From the human T2T-CHM13v2.0 reference genome, Homo sapiens: a stretch of 64,000 nt of DNA. The DNA lies in assembly GCF_009914755.1 (NCBI RefSeq), contig NC_060932.1. One strand, written 5' to 3'. The notes beneath the pieces are model-generated. The model made no database searches, was not told the origin of the DNA, and saw only the letters and a program-made list of their open reading frames with translations. The position numbers and the translations under genes are program-made. This document shows, piece by piece, positions 14,600-27,921 of this stretch; position 1 is the stretch's first letter, and every line of letters starts with the position of its first letter.

Positions 14600-14860
14600 T
14601 AATGTGCCAAAAGAAAATAACTGCCAACATATAATTCTATGTCTAGCAAAAACACCCTTCCAAAATAAAAACAAAATAAAGATGTTATAAATCAGCAGAC
14701 AAAAAAAGAGACTTCATCACCAGCAGACCTGTACTAAATGAAATATTAAATGGAGGCTCTAGACAAAAGCAGGATGGACTCGAAAACAATGGAAAGTACA
14801 AATATGTGGGTAAATATCAATAAATACTTATTGCAAAATAAAATGATAATAACGAATAAA
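14600..14860 (+). mobile_element. Degraded L1M ORF1 C-terminal fragment
   Basis: AATAACTGCCAAC..AATTCTATGTCTAGCAAAA..TTCATCACCAGCAGACCTG. Confidence 0.55.
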
Positions 14861-15336
14861 GTCAGAAGAAATAGTAAAAGAACCTGAGAAATAGAAGTCA
14901 GAGAGATAAGAGGTAAACCAAGTCAGAGTAATGCTACAGAAGCCAAATGAAGAGTTAGCTTAAAGACAGGAGACAGCAATAAATGGTGTTAATAATATAT
15001 ATTATATATATATATGTAAAGACATTAAAGCAACCAAAGAATCAAAGGTGCTGGTTAAAGTGCAATTGAAATGCTCTACTGTGAGGTCCATGACACGCAG
15101 GAAAGCAAACGAGGTCAAAATCAGGGTAGTGATACAGTAATTTGCAGGGTAGAGTATCAAAGAACCAGTGATTAAGATAAGGGAGAAGGGCATGTAGAGT
15201 AGTTAAAAGGGAATACTAAAGTTCAGAATATAATAGGCATTCAATAGATATTTGCTGAGTATATAAATAAGAGATGAGTGGCTTAAAGAGCAACAGTGAT
15301 TTGAAAGGGAAATTTCACAGGTCAAGAATTTAAAGC

Positions 15337-15545
15337 TGGCAGGGTGTGGTAGCTCATTCCTGTAGTTTCAACATTTTGGGAGGCCAAGGTGGGAGAATCA
15401 CTTGAGGCCAGGAGTTCGAGATTACAGTGAAATATGATGGTGCCACCGTACTCCAGACTGGGTGACAAGAGTGAGGAGAGAGACAAAGAGGGAGAGACAG
15501 TGAGAGAGAGAGAAAGAAAAGAAAGAAACAGAGAGAGAGAGAGAG
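15337..15545 (+). mobile_element. Alu monomer with GA-rich tail
   Basis: Alu monomer motifs followed by (GA)n-like repeat. Confidence 0.75.
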
Positions 15546-15881
15546 TTTTTGAAAGTAAACTAAAATAATGTCTTAGGTAAATTACGAAACTAAAGATTAA
15601 AATTATCAAATTAACAACATTTAAAAATGTAGGATTTGCTCCAATAATTCCAAATTCACTTCAAGGAAAAGAAAATTTAACAGCCTAAATTACTTACATT
15701 AAAAATCAGTAGTCAGGCTAAATTAGGGGAGAAATATTTTTTTGAAATATGCTTTTTTCTTTTGCAATTCAAAACTATAGTTTAAAAAGATCTGATGTGC
15801 TACATATCAAATTCTCATATGTTGAGCATTCTGGTTAGTAAAAGAAAAGTTCTCATATAGAAATCAGGATAACGCCTTTGA

Positions 15882-16190
<309 letters not shown>

Positions 16191-18114
16191 TGATTTCTTT
16201 TTTTAAATGAGAACAGAGAAGAGGGTAAAGTAGGAAAGAAGTTGAAATGGTGGCTAGGATAACAATGACAGCTGTTAGGATTGTCAGCCTTTGGTGGATG
16301 CCTACATCTATTTCCCTTCTCTTTTACTCTCAGTCTTGCCTTTACTCTTTCTGTTTTAAGATTTAGTGCTACTCTAAGTTCCATGAGATTATCTACGTGT
16401 GATTTAGATAGTCTACTACTATATCTATACTATGGTGGACACTTCATGATGCCCTGTTGAAGCTAAGTTTCTGTATATGATTGTATCCAATTGCCTTGGG
16501 CTTTTTACCTTCTTAAATTTTGCTTTATGGTTTTCTTCAAAATAAGTTTCTCTTTATTTTACCACTTACCATATTAGTAGAACAACTTCCTCTCTCTGAC
16601 CATACTTTTCATCTATTTGTATCTCCTCACCAAGCTTTTCTTCACCTTCAGCACAATCTGAAGGTTATTCTTGTCCTCTAAATAAATCATGCACCAGCTG
16701 CTTTATCTTACTTTCTTACACAATTGGGACTGAGAACTGTCCATTATTTCAACTATACTCTTACCAACATCCCTAATTCCTCCCCACTGTATCCTCAAGT
16801 TCCTACTAAAAACATAATGACTGACTCCATTATAGACTTCAAAAAAAACTTAGCTGCAATCAAAAAGTTTGTTACATTTTTGCTTATTTCTAATCAATGC
16901 CATTTCCCATTTTAAAACTGCCATCCTCTTTAATGCTCCCAACTGTATTCTTACACTTCTTCACTTTCAGTAGACTTTATCTTCCACATAACTGGGAAAA
17001 ACCACTGGTATAAATGCCCTCAACTTTCCTCTCAAGAGCTCTCTTTTAAATCTTTTTGTTTCTCTGATGTCTCAAAGACATCTTTCCAATCCTAAGCCAT
17101 TCAGGTGTGCTCGACCATGTTCCTCCAGAGCCTGTAACACCAATTATTTTCTTAGTGCCTTGTTTCTTTAATCTACCTCTCCACTGATTCCATTTCCTTC
17201 TTTATGCTACAAAGTTGTTGAAATCTAGTGCCTCTCTCATTCTAAAACGTTTTTCCTGACTCTGTTTTGCCACCTACTTCTTACACTACTTCTCTCTTCC
17301 CTCTCTCTACAAGTCTCCATAGTCACTCCTCAATCTATGGAAGTCTGGCTTCCATGCCAATGACAATGAACTCAAAGATCACTAAAAACCACATAATCAC
17401 CAATTCAATAGCTTCTTTCCTTAATCTTCATTCAACCTGATCCCTTATGCAGCTTTAATACTGCTTATTATCTCCTCTCTCCTTGACTCTCTTTCCTCTG
17501 ACTTCGCCAACCCTTTCTCTTGATTCTATGCCAATTTCCGCTTCTTCTCAGGCTCTTTGCTGATTCCTTTTCCTCCATTCCTCCCTTAAAAGATGACACT
17601 CACTAAAGTTCTATGCTCAACTACACCTTCTCAGTTCATGCCCCTACAGTTTCTCACATGAGCCAAGCACTCCCTCACAGGATTTTTGTACTCTGCACTC
17701 TATCCCTTCTATGCTCTCTACCCTCATCTTCTTTTCCCCTTTCACTGAGCTTCTATTCATCCTAAAGACTCAGCTTCCTTGGCTCCTGAAGTCTGGCTTA
17801 AGAATCCATCCTGTGTGTTCCCATGGACCCTGTACTTTTATGTTTTTCCCATTGGACCCTACATTCTACAAAGACAGAGACTGGGTCTACTTTGTTTATT
17901 ACTGTATCCCTAGCATCTGGCATAATGTGAAATTTAGAATGAGTGGATGAATGGAAGACTTCATCTAGCCCCAAAAATTTAACAATCAATGTGGAAGAAC
18001 TCCATATATTAATACTAATAGTTTTAGACCTGATTTCTTCCCTGAACTCAAAACCTTTGCTTCTAGCAGCCTACTTTGTTATAGCTACATGAATATCTTC
18101 CAGACCCTCAATGA

Positions 18115-18528
<414 letters not shown>

Positions 18529-19398
18529 TAATTTTTGACTCTTCCCTGCACTCCCCTTTTTTATTCTCAAATGCAAATCCTATGAATTTAATCTCTCCAA
18601 TGAAACAAGGAGAAACTAACAAAAACAAATATCAGGAGGAAATAAGTAGCATAACTTCCATCTCAAGAAACATCATAAAACTCAGTTTTCTGACCAAGCA
18701 AGGCCAGACCTTTCCCAGGTTACTGTCTGCTACCTTTCTTCCTGACCTCACACTCATATTTTGCTCTAGCCACGGGGATTCATGCATATTATTTAGCTAC
18801 AGAGTCTGCAGTCTCTAGGAGCTATATAATTGGGACAGTCATGTGTCCCTACTCTGGTCTAAGCCTACTGTCTTGGCATAATTATTAATAGTTTCATTCT
18901 GAAAAGTATCTGGGTTTAGATGATAAATTATATGGTTCCTCTATATTTAATTGTCATCAGTTAGATAAATTCTGAAGTTTCTCTAAAACAAGACTCCTAG
19001 AAACACTTGACACATATTTAAAGCTGAAAATAACGCAAAGAAAAGCAGATGTTAGGTGATAAGAAACAGACATTTGTCTAATTCTCAGACATATTAATTG
19101 AATAGCTATACTCGAATGCCAACATCTCAAACCAAGAATATACAATTTAGAACTTGGGTTGACGCTTCATAGACTTCCCTGTTAAAAATAAATAAACTAG
19201 AGAGCAGAGGGGAGGAAAAAAGAAATGAACTAAACGATTGCACCTAAATGTAGGTATTAATTTGCCCTTCCACTTTTTTTTTCTTTTGCTTCCTCACCAC
19301 GTTTATTGAATTATTGTCACCCAAACAATTTCTCTTTGTTCAAGAATATCAACCCCCATCTGACAACCAGCATAATCCTTAAGAATAATACACTCTCC

Positions 19399-19690
19399 TG
19401 CTGGGTGTGGTGACTCACACCTGTAACCCCAGCACTTTGGGAGGCTGAGGCAGGCAGATCACGAGGTCAGGAGATCGAGACCATCCTGGCTAACATGGTG
19501 AAACCCTGTCTCTACTAAAAATACAAAAAATTAGCCGGGCATGGTGGCAGGCGCCTGTAGTCCCAGCTGCTCAGGAGGCTGAGGTAGGAGAATGGCGTGA
19601 ACCCGGGAGGCGGAGCTTGCAGTGAGCCAAGATTGGGCCACTGCATTCCAGCCTGGGCGACAGAGCAAGACTCCGTCTCAAAAAAATAAG
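19399..19690 (+). mobile_element. AluY
   Basis: GAGATCGAGACCATCCTGGCTAAC, GGCGTGAACCCGGGAGGCGGAGCTT; TSD AATAATACACTCTCC. Confidence 0.93.
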
Positions 19691-19705
19691 TAAATTAATA
19701 ATAAT

Positions 19706-19845
19706 ATACCTAATGCTAAATGACAAGTTACTGGGTTCAGCACACCAACATGGCACATGTATACATATGTAACTAACCTGCACGTTGTGCACATGTAACC
19801 TAAAACTTAAAGTATAATTTAAATAAATAAATATTAATAATAATA
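19706..19845 (+). mobile_element. Short L1PA 3'-end fragment inserted into an AluY tail
   Basis: ATACCTAATGCTAAATGAC..GCACATGTA(A)CCTAAAACTTAAAGTATAAT, flanked by ATTAATAATAATA repeats. Confidence 0.88.
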
Positions 19846-19879
19846 ATACACTCTCCCTACATCCCTGATTCCTTACCAG

Positions 19880-19881
<2 letters not shown>

Positions 19882-19920
<39 letters not shown>

Positions 19921-20182
19921 AGGGGCTTGCTCTGTCACCCACGCTGAAGGACAGTGGTGTGATCTTGGCTCACTGAAACCTCTGCCTCCTGGGCTCAAGC
20001 AATCCTCTTGTCAACTTTCATCACCATGCTCCACTAATTTTTAAAAAATATTTTGTAGAGACAAGGTCTCATTATATTGCCCAGGCTGGTCTCAAACTCC
20101 TAGGCTCAAGTGATCCTTCCCTCTTGGCTTCTTGGCCTCCCAAAGTACTGGGATTACAAGCATGAGCCACCATGCCCAGTCC
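19882..20182 (-). mobile_element. AluJ with long T tract
   Basis: Degenerate dimer with internal deletion. Confidence 0.85.
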
Positions 20183-22784
20183 TTTATTGAAAAATCACAG
20201 AACTGGAAGCATTAAAAAGGGGCTTGTGAGGTCATCCAATCCATGGCATCCCAAGCCTACATTACACACATTTGTTGTCTTTTGTTGAAGTTGTCTCTGC
20301 TGTTCCTCACCTCCCCAGGATGGTAGGGACACAGGTGGTTAAGAGAGTAAGGATGAGAAAACTGAATTCAGTTTGTCAATCCTTTATTAGCCCATACAAT
20401 AAAATTATAGTACATTTAAACTGAATTATGGAACTAAAATCTGAAGATGTCTTTCTAATAATCCAAGGCAATCTGTAAGTGGATAACTAACAACTGAGTA
20501 TATATATATATAGCAAATACAAGATATTGTAATTGTATATTTAAAACAAAAGTTTAAAAAGCTAAACAACACACTTAAAATCTTTATAAAGATGATAAAA
20601 TCATTTTAAGTTGATATAAATTGACTTTAAGATGAAACGTAAAGATTATACTATATGATATATAAATAATATAGTCTGATTATGGGTTAGAAACATTGTT
20701 TAAATATCCAAATCATTTGCTTTTTTACTGGCCGCCCAGTTCTTCCTTTCTAGCCACAGAGTAAATAACAATGTAGCTCATGTTAGAGAAGAAAATGCTC
20801 CCTTCATATTCCAGTCAGCTACTCTGATTCACATTCAAGCAGAGATTCACTCACACACAGCTGTGGCCAACATGAGTCCAATTTAAACATTAACCTATGA
20901 TGCTTTAACAACCCAGCAGGAAAGTTTTTGAGAAGGGATACAAGCACTGCCTGTCTGTGATCAAACTGCCTGGCACTGCACACAACATGGCTCTAAGCCT
21001 CATCTCTCCTGGAGACACTCAAAGGTTATGTAATCAGGAAATGCACAATGTGCTGCTTTCCCCGCACCTCTCTACACCTGTGCCTGTGACTCACTTTCTT
21101 GGCATCTGTATCAAAAAAAAAAAAAAAAGTAATGCCTGCCCCTAAAAAATCTTTTACAGTACTGAAATTCTGGGAGTTAATTTTCTAGCCTAACTGAACT
21201 GTCAATATTACTCGAGAGTTAACAAGACTAGCAAGAAAAAAGATGTAGGATGGATACCATGAGACAGAAGGAAGAGCTGAATTGGAGAGCAGAAAAAAGA
21301 ATGGAGAAAAAAATTAGAATAAATGAAGACACACACACACACAAAAGAGGGCAGGGGAAGAAAATCTATATTTTGATTAATGTTTTGCTTTCTAAATAGC
21401 GTTAAAATGAAGAACAATGTTTAATTTATTCTTAATACATATTAATTTGCTGACATTGTTGGGGGAAAAAGTGAACAAATATTCCTGTTTGCATCTTCAA
21501 GGAAATCTCAGCTGCTTCATTAATTAGAGACAATATCCTCTATATAATACCTGCATTGTACTATTAATACACATGAGATAGCTCAAACGATTTAAAATAC
21601 GACATTTCCCATTGCAATTTATATTTTTCCAACATTATGATATTTTTCATGCAAGATTTCCGCACCACTTAATAGTTTCCAAAATCATTTTGAAATTGTG
21701 TGTTTATAAGCATATTCTTGGATAGAAGTGAATCCCCATCTCCTTTCAAATGTATCATAATGCATGCCAGACTTACTTTTCCCACATTAATGTTTTCTTA
21801 TTGAAGATAAGGTCTAGATAAACATACCTGAGAAATGAAAATTGTGTGTTTATTGAATTTATTGTTTTTAACAATGTCAAAAGCAAAAAAAAAAAAAATG
21901 GAAATGTTTTCCACAACTGTCTGTACTATTTGGATTTCTCTTTGTATCAAAGGCTAAATGATGACAGCTATGGGATTAGATTCCAATTAGCATACTGTAG
22001 AAGCACCCAGCAAAGTATTCTCACTGTGCCAAAGGTGAGCACAGGCTTTGGGAAGGCATCTTTTCCATAAGTAGGGGCCATTTGATGAGCTACAGCTTGA
22101 CACTTATCTGCGTTCCAATGAAAACAAGAACAATTTCTCTGCAGCCTTAAAAGGCAAAGTCAGAAATAATACCAAATGTTGTAACACATGTGTTGATTTG
22201 TTATGTTACATTTCAGCTGTTAGTTATGTTAATGGAACAGTTTCACATACTTCGTTTTGATGTATTTATTTTAATGATCATGTGTATGTATCTTGCTATG
22301 ATTGCCTGGTAACACTGATTACCTGATGTTCTGCTGTCACCACCAGGCCAGGACTGGAAGTAAGAAAGTGAAATGTAAAACTTTGGAACTGTATGACTTA
22401 AAATGAGTCCCTCAGTACATAAAGAATAAAATGTATTCAAAACCTATGTACTGTGAGATCTTAATACTAGTTGACAGCACATCTCGTAGAGCGTATCACC
22501 AGATTAACTAAAATTGATGACATTTTAAAAGTAGACTTCCAATATCGTATTCCAGAGATTAGGAGAAAACATTCATGCTTCAGCATTTTGTATCACTAAT
22601 AAGTCCCTTTTTTTTAGACCCATTACTCGACTAAAAAGTAAAAGAGGGAATTCTAATCATGTAATTAGTAAGGCAGCAGAAGGCATTTTAATATGTATCT
22701 TTCACATTCTTCTCACAATTTTCCAAGATGCTCACCAAGACAGTATAAGAACTATAAAACCATCTGCTGTTGCAAAAAAAGTAC

Positions 22785-23064
22785 TTTTTTTTTTTTTTAG
22801 ATGGAGTTTCACTCTTGTTGCCCAGGCTGGAGTGCAATGGTGCAACCTCCGTCTCCCAGGTTCAAGCAATTCTCCTGCCTCAGCCTCCTGAGTAGCTGGA
22901 ATTACAGGCACCTGCCACCACGCCCAGCTAATTTTGTATTTTTAGTAGCAATGAAGTTTCTCCATGTTGGTCAGGCTGGTCTCTAACTCCCGAACTCAGG
23001 TGATCCACCCGCCTCGGCCTCCCAAAGTGCTGGGATTACAGGTGTGAGCCACCACGCCCGGCCG
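22785..23064 (-). mobile_element. AluS (Sq/Sp-like)
   Basis: GAGTTTCACTCTTGTTGCCCAGG. Confidence 0.9.
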
Positions 23065-23487
23065 CAATTTTCTTCTCCTTACCATCAGGTAGCACTAAGG
23101 TTCTGCCTGATGGACTGACAGGGTGGTATTAGCAAAGACCTAGCCAGCCGCTAGGAAAAAGAGATATTCCACAAAAGCCATGGCACTATTTCATACACTC
23201 TAAAGACAAAAGAAGAAAAAGCCTTTGGCTACTGAAATATACAAAGCTTTTTCATAAGCTCCTTCATGAAGTTCACAGTAAACTGTGCAGGACCTGGTGA
23301 TTCTGGAGGAGAGATTATGTGCCTTCTTTGGTAAGCATAAGTGAGTGGTTCATAAGCACTCTCCAAAAGGTGGAAGAAATTTTTTAAAGGTGAAGAGTCA
23401 GGATCTCCAGCTGTAACATTAGAGAAAAAATGGAGAGGATTCACAGTGATGCTTTTCTTGTTATTACTTCTCTTCCTCCCTTATAAG

Positions 23488-23944
23488 CAATGGTTTACTG
23501 GAGCCAGCTTGTACCAGCTCACAAGAGCCGATTCATAAACATTCAGGAATTTTGTGAGTCAGTTGTTAAACTCTGTCATTACCAAAAATTAAATCACATA
23601 AACTTACAATTAAAGAAATTATGATTCAAGTCCAAAGGCCTCAGGAAAAAAAGAAGTTATATTAAAAACAAAAATAATGACTACTCAAAACTCATTACTT
23701 CTTGTTGATTTTACTGTTTTGCGATTAATATTACCCATGGTCTTGAGGTGTATCTGTATGGGGGAAATATTATATGATGGGGTGCTACTGCACATCTCTT
23801 CCCAACTCTGCATTCAGTGACGTCATTTTGGCAGCTTGAAATCATCCATGGTGAGAGTATACCCAGAGATCAGCAAATGCTACAAATCAGGGCTGCTTTT
23901 TCCCCTAGAGATCTGGTTGTTAAACATTTCTCATCATAGCACTG
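23488..23944. mobile_element. MER63 (hAT-Blackjack) element
   Basis: Termini CAATGGTTTACTGGAGCC..GTTAAACATTT..CACTG; 8-bp TSD CTTATAAG/ATTATAAG. Confidence 0.8.
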
Positions 23945-25619
23945 ATTATAAGGCAAATATACTTCTCTTCCTATCATGATCACTAAAGAAAGAGAAATAA
24001 AGTAGGAAAAAACAAATGACACCAGCTACTTCAAATATTTACTGGCAGCAAAGCTACATACCAGTATATACCAAGTCACACCAGAATATGCCAATTTATA
24101 ACAGTTTACTTACATACTCTGTTTAACAGACATCCATTTAAAAAAATATACAGTAAAGGCCCTGTTAATAGTTAGAGTAAAGCTGAACCAGAAGAGGAGG
24201 GTCAACAGCTTTTCTTTAAAATTGTTTGTTTACATTCTGAATAGTCCTTATTTAGAAAAGGTCAAAACTAAGCTTCAAATATTACATTTATCCTCAGTCT
24301 GATAAATTAATCAGAAGAGGTAAGAGTTTAGTGGGGAAAATCTTATTAGCTTGGCCTGATGAGAAAGTACAAGGAACATATTTGAAGAAGAAACATTAAA
24401 GCATTATGAGAAATAGAAATGGTACTAATGGATCTTGATTCAGTGTCTGGACCCCAAAGAGACCAAAATCACTTCACAGATCATCTTAAACACAACAGAA
24501 CAGATGTCCACTAAACTGTAACAACAACAAAGAAACCATATTGCTGTATGTGATGGCAAATAGCAAAGTAACATGGGATCTGCTCAACTGGGCTCAATAA
24601 CTCTATGCTTGGACTTTATATAAAACAATGAGATGAACTGTGCTCCAAGAAGCTAAGGGTGAAAAAAAAAAAAAGAGTCCCCAGAGGTGTTTATAAAAGA
24701 AATATAAATGCTGTGATACAGGATACTTTCAGAAATCACAAAATATTTACTTCAGCAAAAAGAGAAGTCTGTTTTCATAACCATTCACAGCTCTAGCAGG
24801 CATAGAACATTATTATCTGAGTTCATATGCGGCAGAAAAAGAAAATAACAAGCAAGTTCAAGCAATCCAATCTTTTTTTCTGCAAAAGGAGGAAAAAATG
24901 ATGATTTTTAATGACCTCTCATATCCCACTAGGAGCTCAAAAACATTACTGAGGAGCTATGCCGAGAGCGACTAAATTACAGATGGAGCTTTTCACAGAT
25001 GGATTTTCATGTGAAGGACCTTGGGTTTTTCAAACAGGAATCTTAAAGATGGGATCTAGGGATTGCAACGTCTTGATACCAAGAGGCAAACTACTGCAGA
25101 GATCAACACAAGATGGACTTGTACGAAAAAAGATAATGATGACAAACTAGAATTTTTGCCAATTGCTCAGACCCTACTAAAGAGAATTCAAAGCAAATGA
25201 GAGCCTAAGAAAATGCCAATAGGATAAAACAGTAAAACAATTTGAATCATTTGGGACAGAGTAAAAAATCAGAAGGGGAAAATAGAACGTGTTAAGAAAA
25301 GACGAGAACAAACCAGGGACAAAAAAGGCTAGGTTTTTAAGATAGATTTGGGTCATTGCTTAAGACATTTTAAGTAAAATCAGTTGAGTGCATGATGAAA
25401 TAAAATAAACAAGCACACAGAAAAAAAAGTTATTACTATGCAGTTTAAGGCAATCTAAGGAACAAATAAAGGTTTTATTTTATAAATTTTTGGATTTGTT
25501 TTTTAAAAAACCTTTAACTGACAAAAGCAAGATATACATTTAAACTAATGGAATTATTTAACTTCTATTAATAAATAATTTCTTGGAAATCAGTGAACAA
25601 AAAAATTCAATTAAATTAA

Positions 25620-25882
25620 TTAATTAATTTATTTATTTATTTTTAAATAGGGTCTCACTATGTTACCCAGGTTGGAGTGCAGTGGCGCAGTCTCAGCTGA
25701 CTGCAACCTCCTAGGCTCAAGCCTAGCCTCCCGAGTAGCTGGGACTACAGGTGCACACCACCAAACCAGGCTAATTTTTGTATTTTTTTTGTAGAGATAG
25801 GGTTTTGTTATGCTGCCCAGGCTGGTCTCGAACTCCTAGGCTCAAGTGATCTACGTGCCTTGGCCTCCCAAAATGCTGAGAT
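25620..25882 (-). mobile_element. AluJ
   Basis: Degenerate dimer. Confidence 0.85.
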
Positions 25883-26299
25883 AAATAATTCAATTTTAAA
25901 AACATGATTATATTAAAATTTCTGGCTTGGGAAAAAAAACAAACCTGTTTCACCAGTATGATAATCTATGCTAACAAAGCACACAGGACTGATACATGAA
26001 ACCAGAGTATCAAGTGATTGCTGTACAATGAAAAATGAGAAAATCAACCATCATTAAGGTTGTAGGTCTATGTTTACCAGCACACCATCTTGGAAAACAA
26101 GTTTACATAGTCAGAATAAGTGAAGGTAACTGTATGAACCCTATGAATATTCTCTCCATCAAAATCTTTCAGGCTGACTAGATACAAGGAGCAGACAGCT
26201 TAGGACAGTACTTCAAGGGCATGTCAAGGTCTGCCTCTGAGACACTACACCTTCTGGGATGCCACTGCCAAACAATGTCTCTTCATGAGTGAAACATTC

Positions 26300-26613
<314 letters not shown>

Positions 26614-26735
26614 TGGAAAATTCTTTCTTTACATGTGCTGGCATCTTCATTACAAATCTTGCAGGCCTGTGAAGCCTTTTTGTCTCTAGTCAGCTGCTCA
26701 TATCTGTTCTGATTTATTACACATTCATTTCCTAG

Positions 26736-27143
<408 letters not shown>

Positions 27144-27569
27144 AAGAGCAAACTGGAAAGACAGAATGTTGATCATTGCTGAAGCTTAGTGAAGGTATAT
27201 GGGGGCTCATTAAACTGTTTTCACATAAAATTTTTCTTAAAAAAATAAAAACACTCAGCTGGCTGTCATTTCCAAATAATGACTATCTTTCATTAGGTTT
27301 ATAATACGTTGCTACAAATATAAACATGCCAATGAGTTCATGAATTTTTTCAATACCTATCACAGCACCTTTTATATGGCACCTTCAGTCCTGAGCATAC
27401 AAGGTAAACAGAGCAGACTGTCTTCATGGACCTACAGTCTCACGGAGAAAAAAAATATTAAAGGTGATGTTTGACATTTAATGTTCATAAAGATAGTTTA
27501 AGATATTAAAGTGAAAGATTAAACAAGGTGATAAACAGATACTCTTTTTTCTAGAGATAATAATAAGAA

Positions 27570-27790
27570 AGCAATGGCTTAGAAGTTAAGAGTATAGGGT
27601 CTGGAGTCAGAATACTTGGTACTAATTCCAAGTTCACCAATTGCTAAATGGATGGCGTTAGGAAAGCATTCAACTTCCCTAAGTCTCAGTTTCCAAATCT
27701 GTAAAATAAGGATACCAATCTACCTCTTAGGATTGTCTAGAATTAAATAAAATTATCCATATAAAGTTATTACCACAGAACCTAACAGAA
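27570..27790 (+). mobile_element. MIR
   Basis: GTTAAGAG..TCTGGAGTCAGA..CCTAAGTCTCAGTTTCC..ATCTGTAAAAT MIR core. Confidence 0.65.
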
Positions 27791-27883
27791 ACATTAACGA
27801 AACGTCAGGTATAATAGATAATGGTGTTTCAGAGAAGTTCAGGTGTTGGCCTTTCTGGAAACAAGAGGATTAAAAGAGGATCT

Positions 27884-27884
27884 A

Positions 27885-27919
<35 letters not shown>

Positions 27920-27921
27920 AT
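27884..27921 (+). repeat. (TAAA)9 microsatellite
   Basis: Directly visible. Confidence 0.95.

Noticed and set aside
22218-22358. Possible + strand exon (TTTCAG..GAA|GTAAGA) of an antisense transcript
   Set aside because: Splice-like motifs alone are common; no partner exons or promoter identifiable.
23229-23444. Minus-strand 71-aa ORF with SPGPAQFT resembling L1 SPGPDGFT, or an extra RGS22 exon
   Set aside because: No convincing splice sites and no downstream RPISL motif; likely coincidence.
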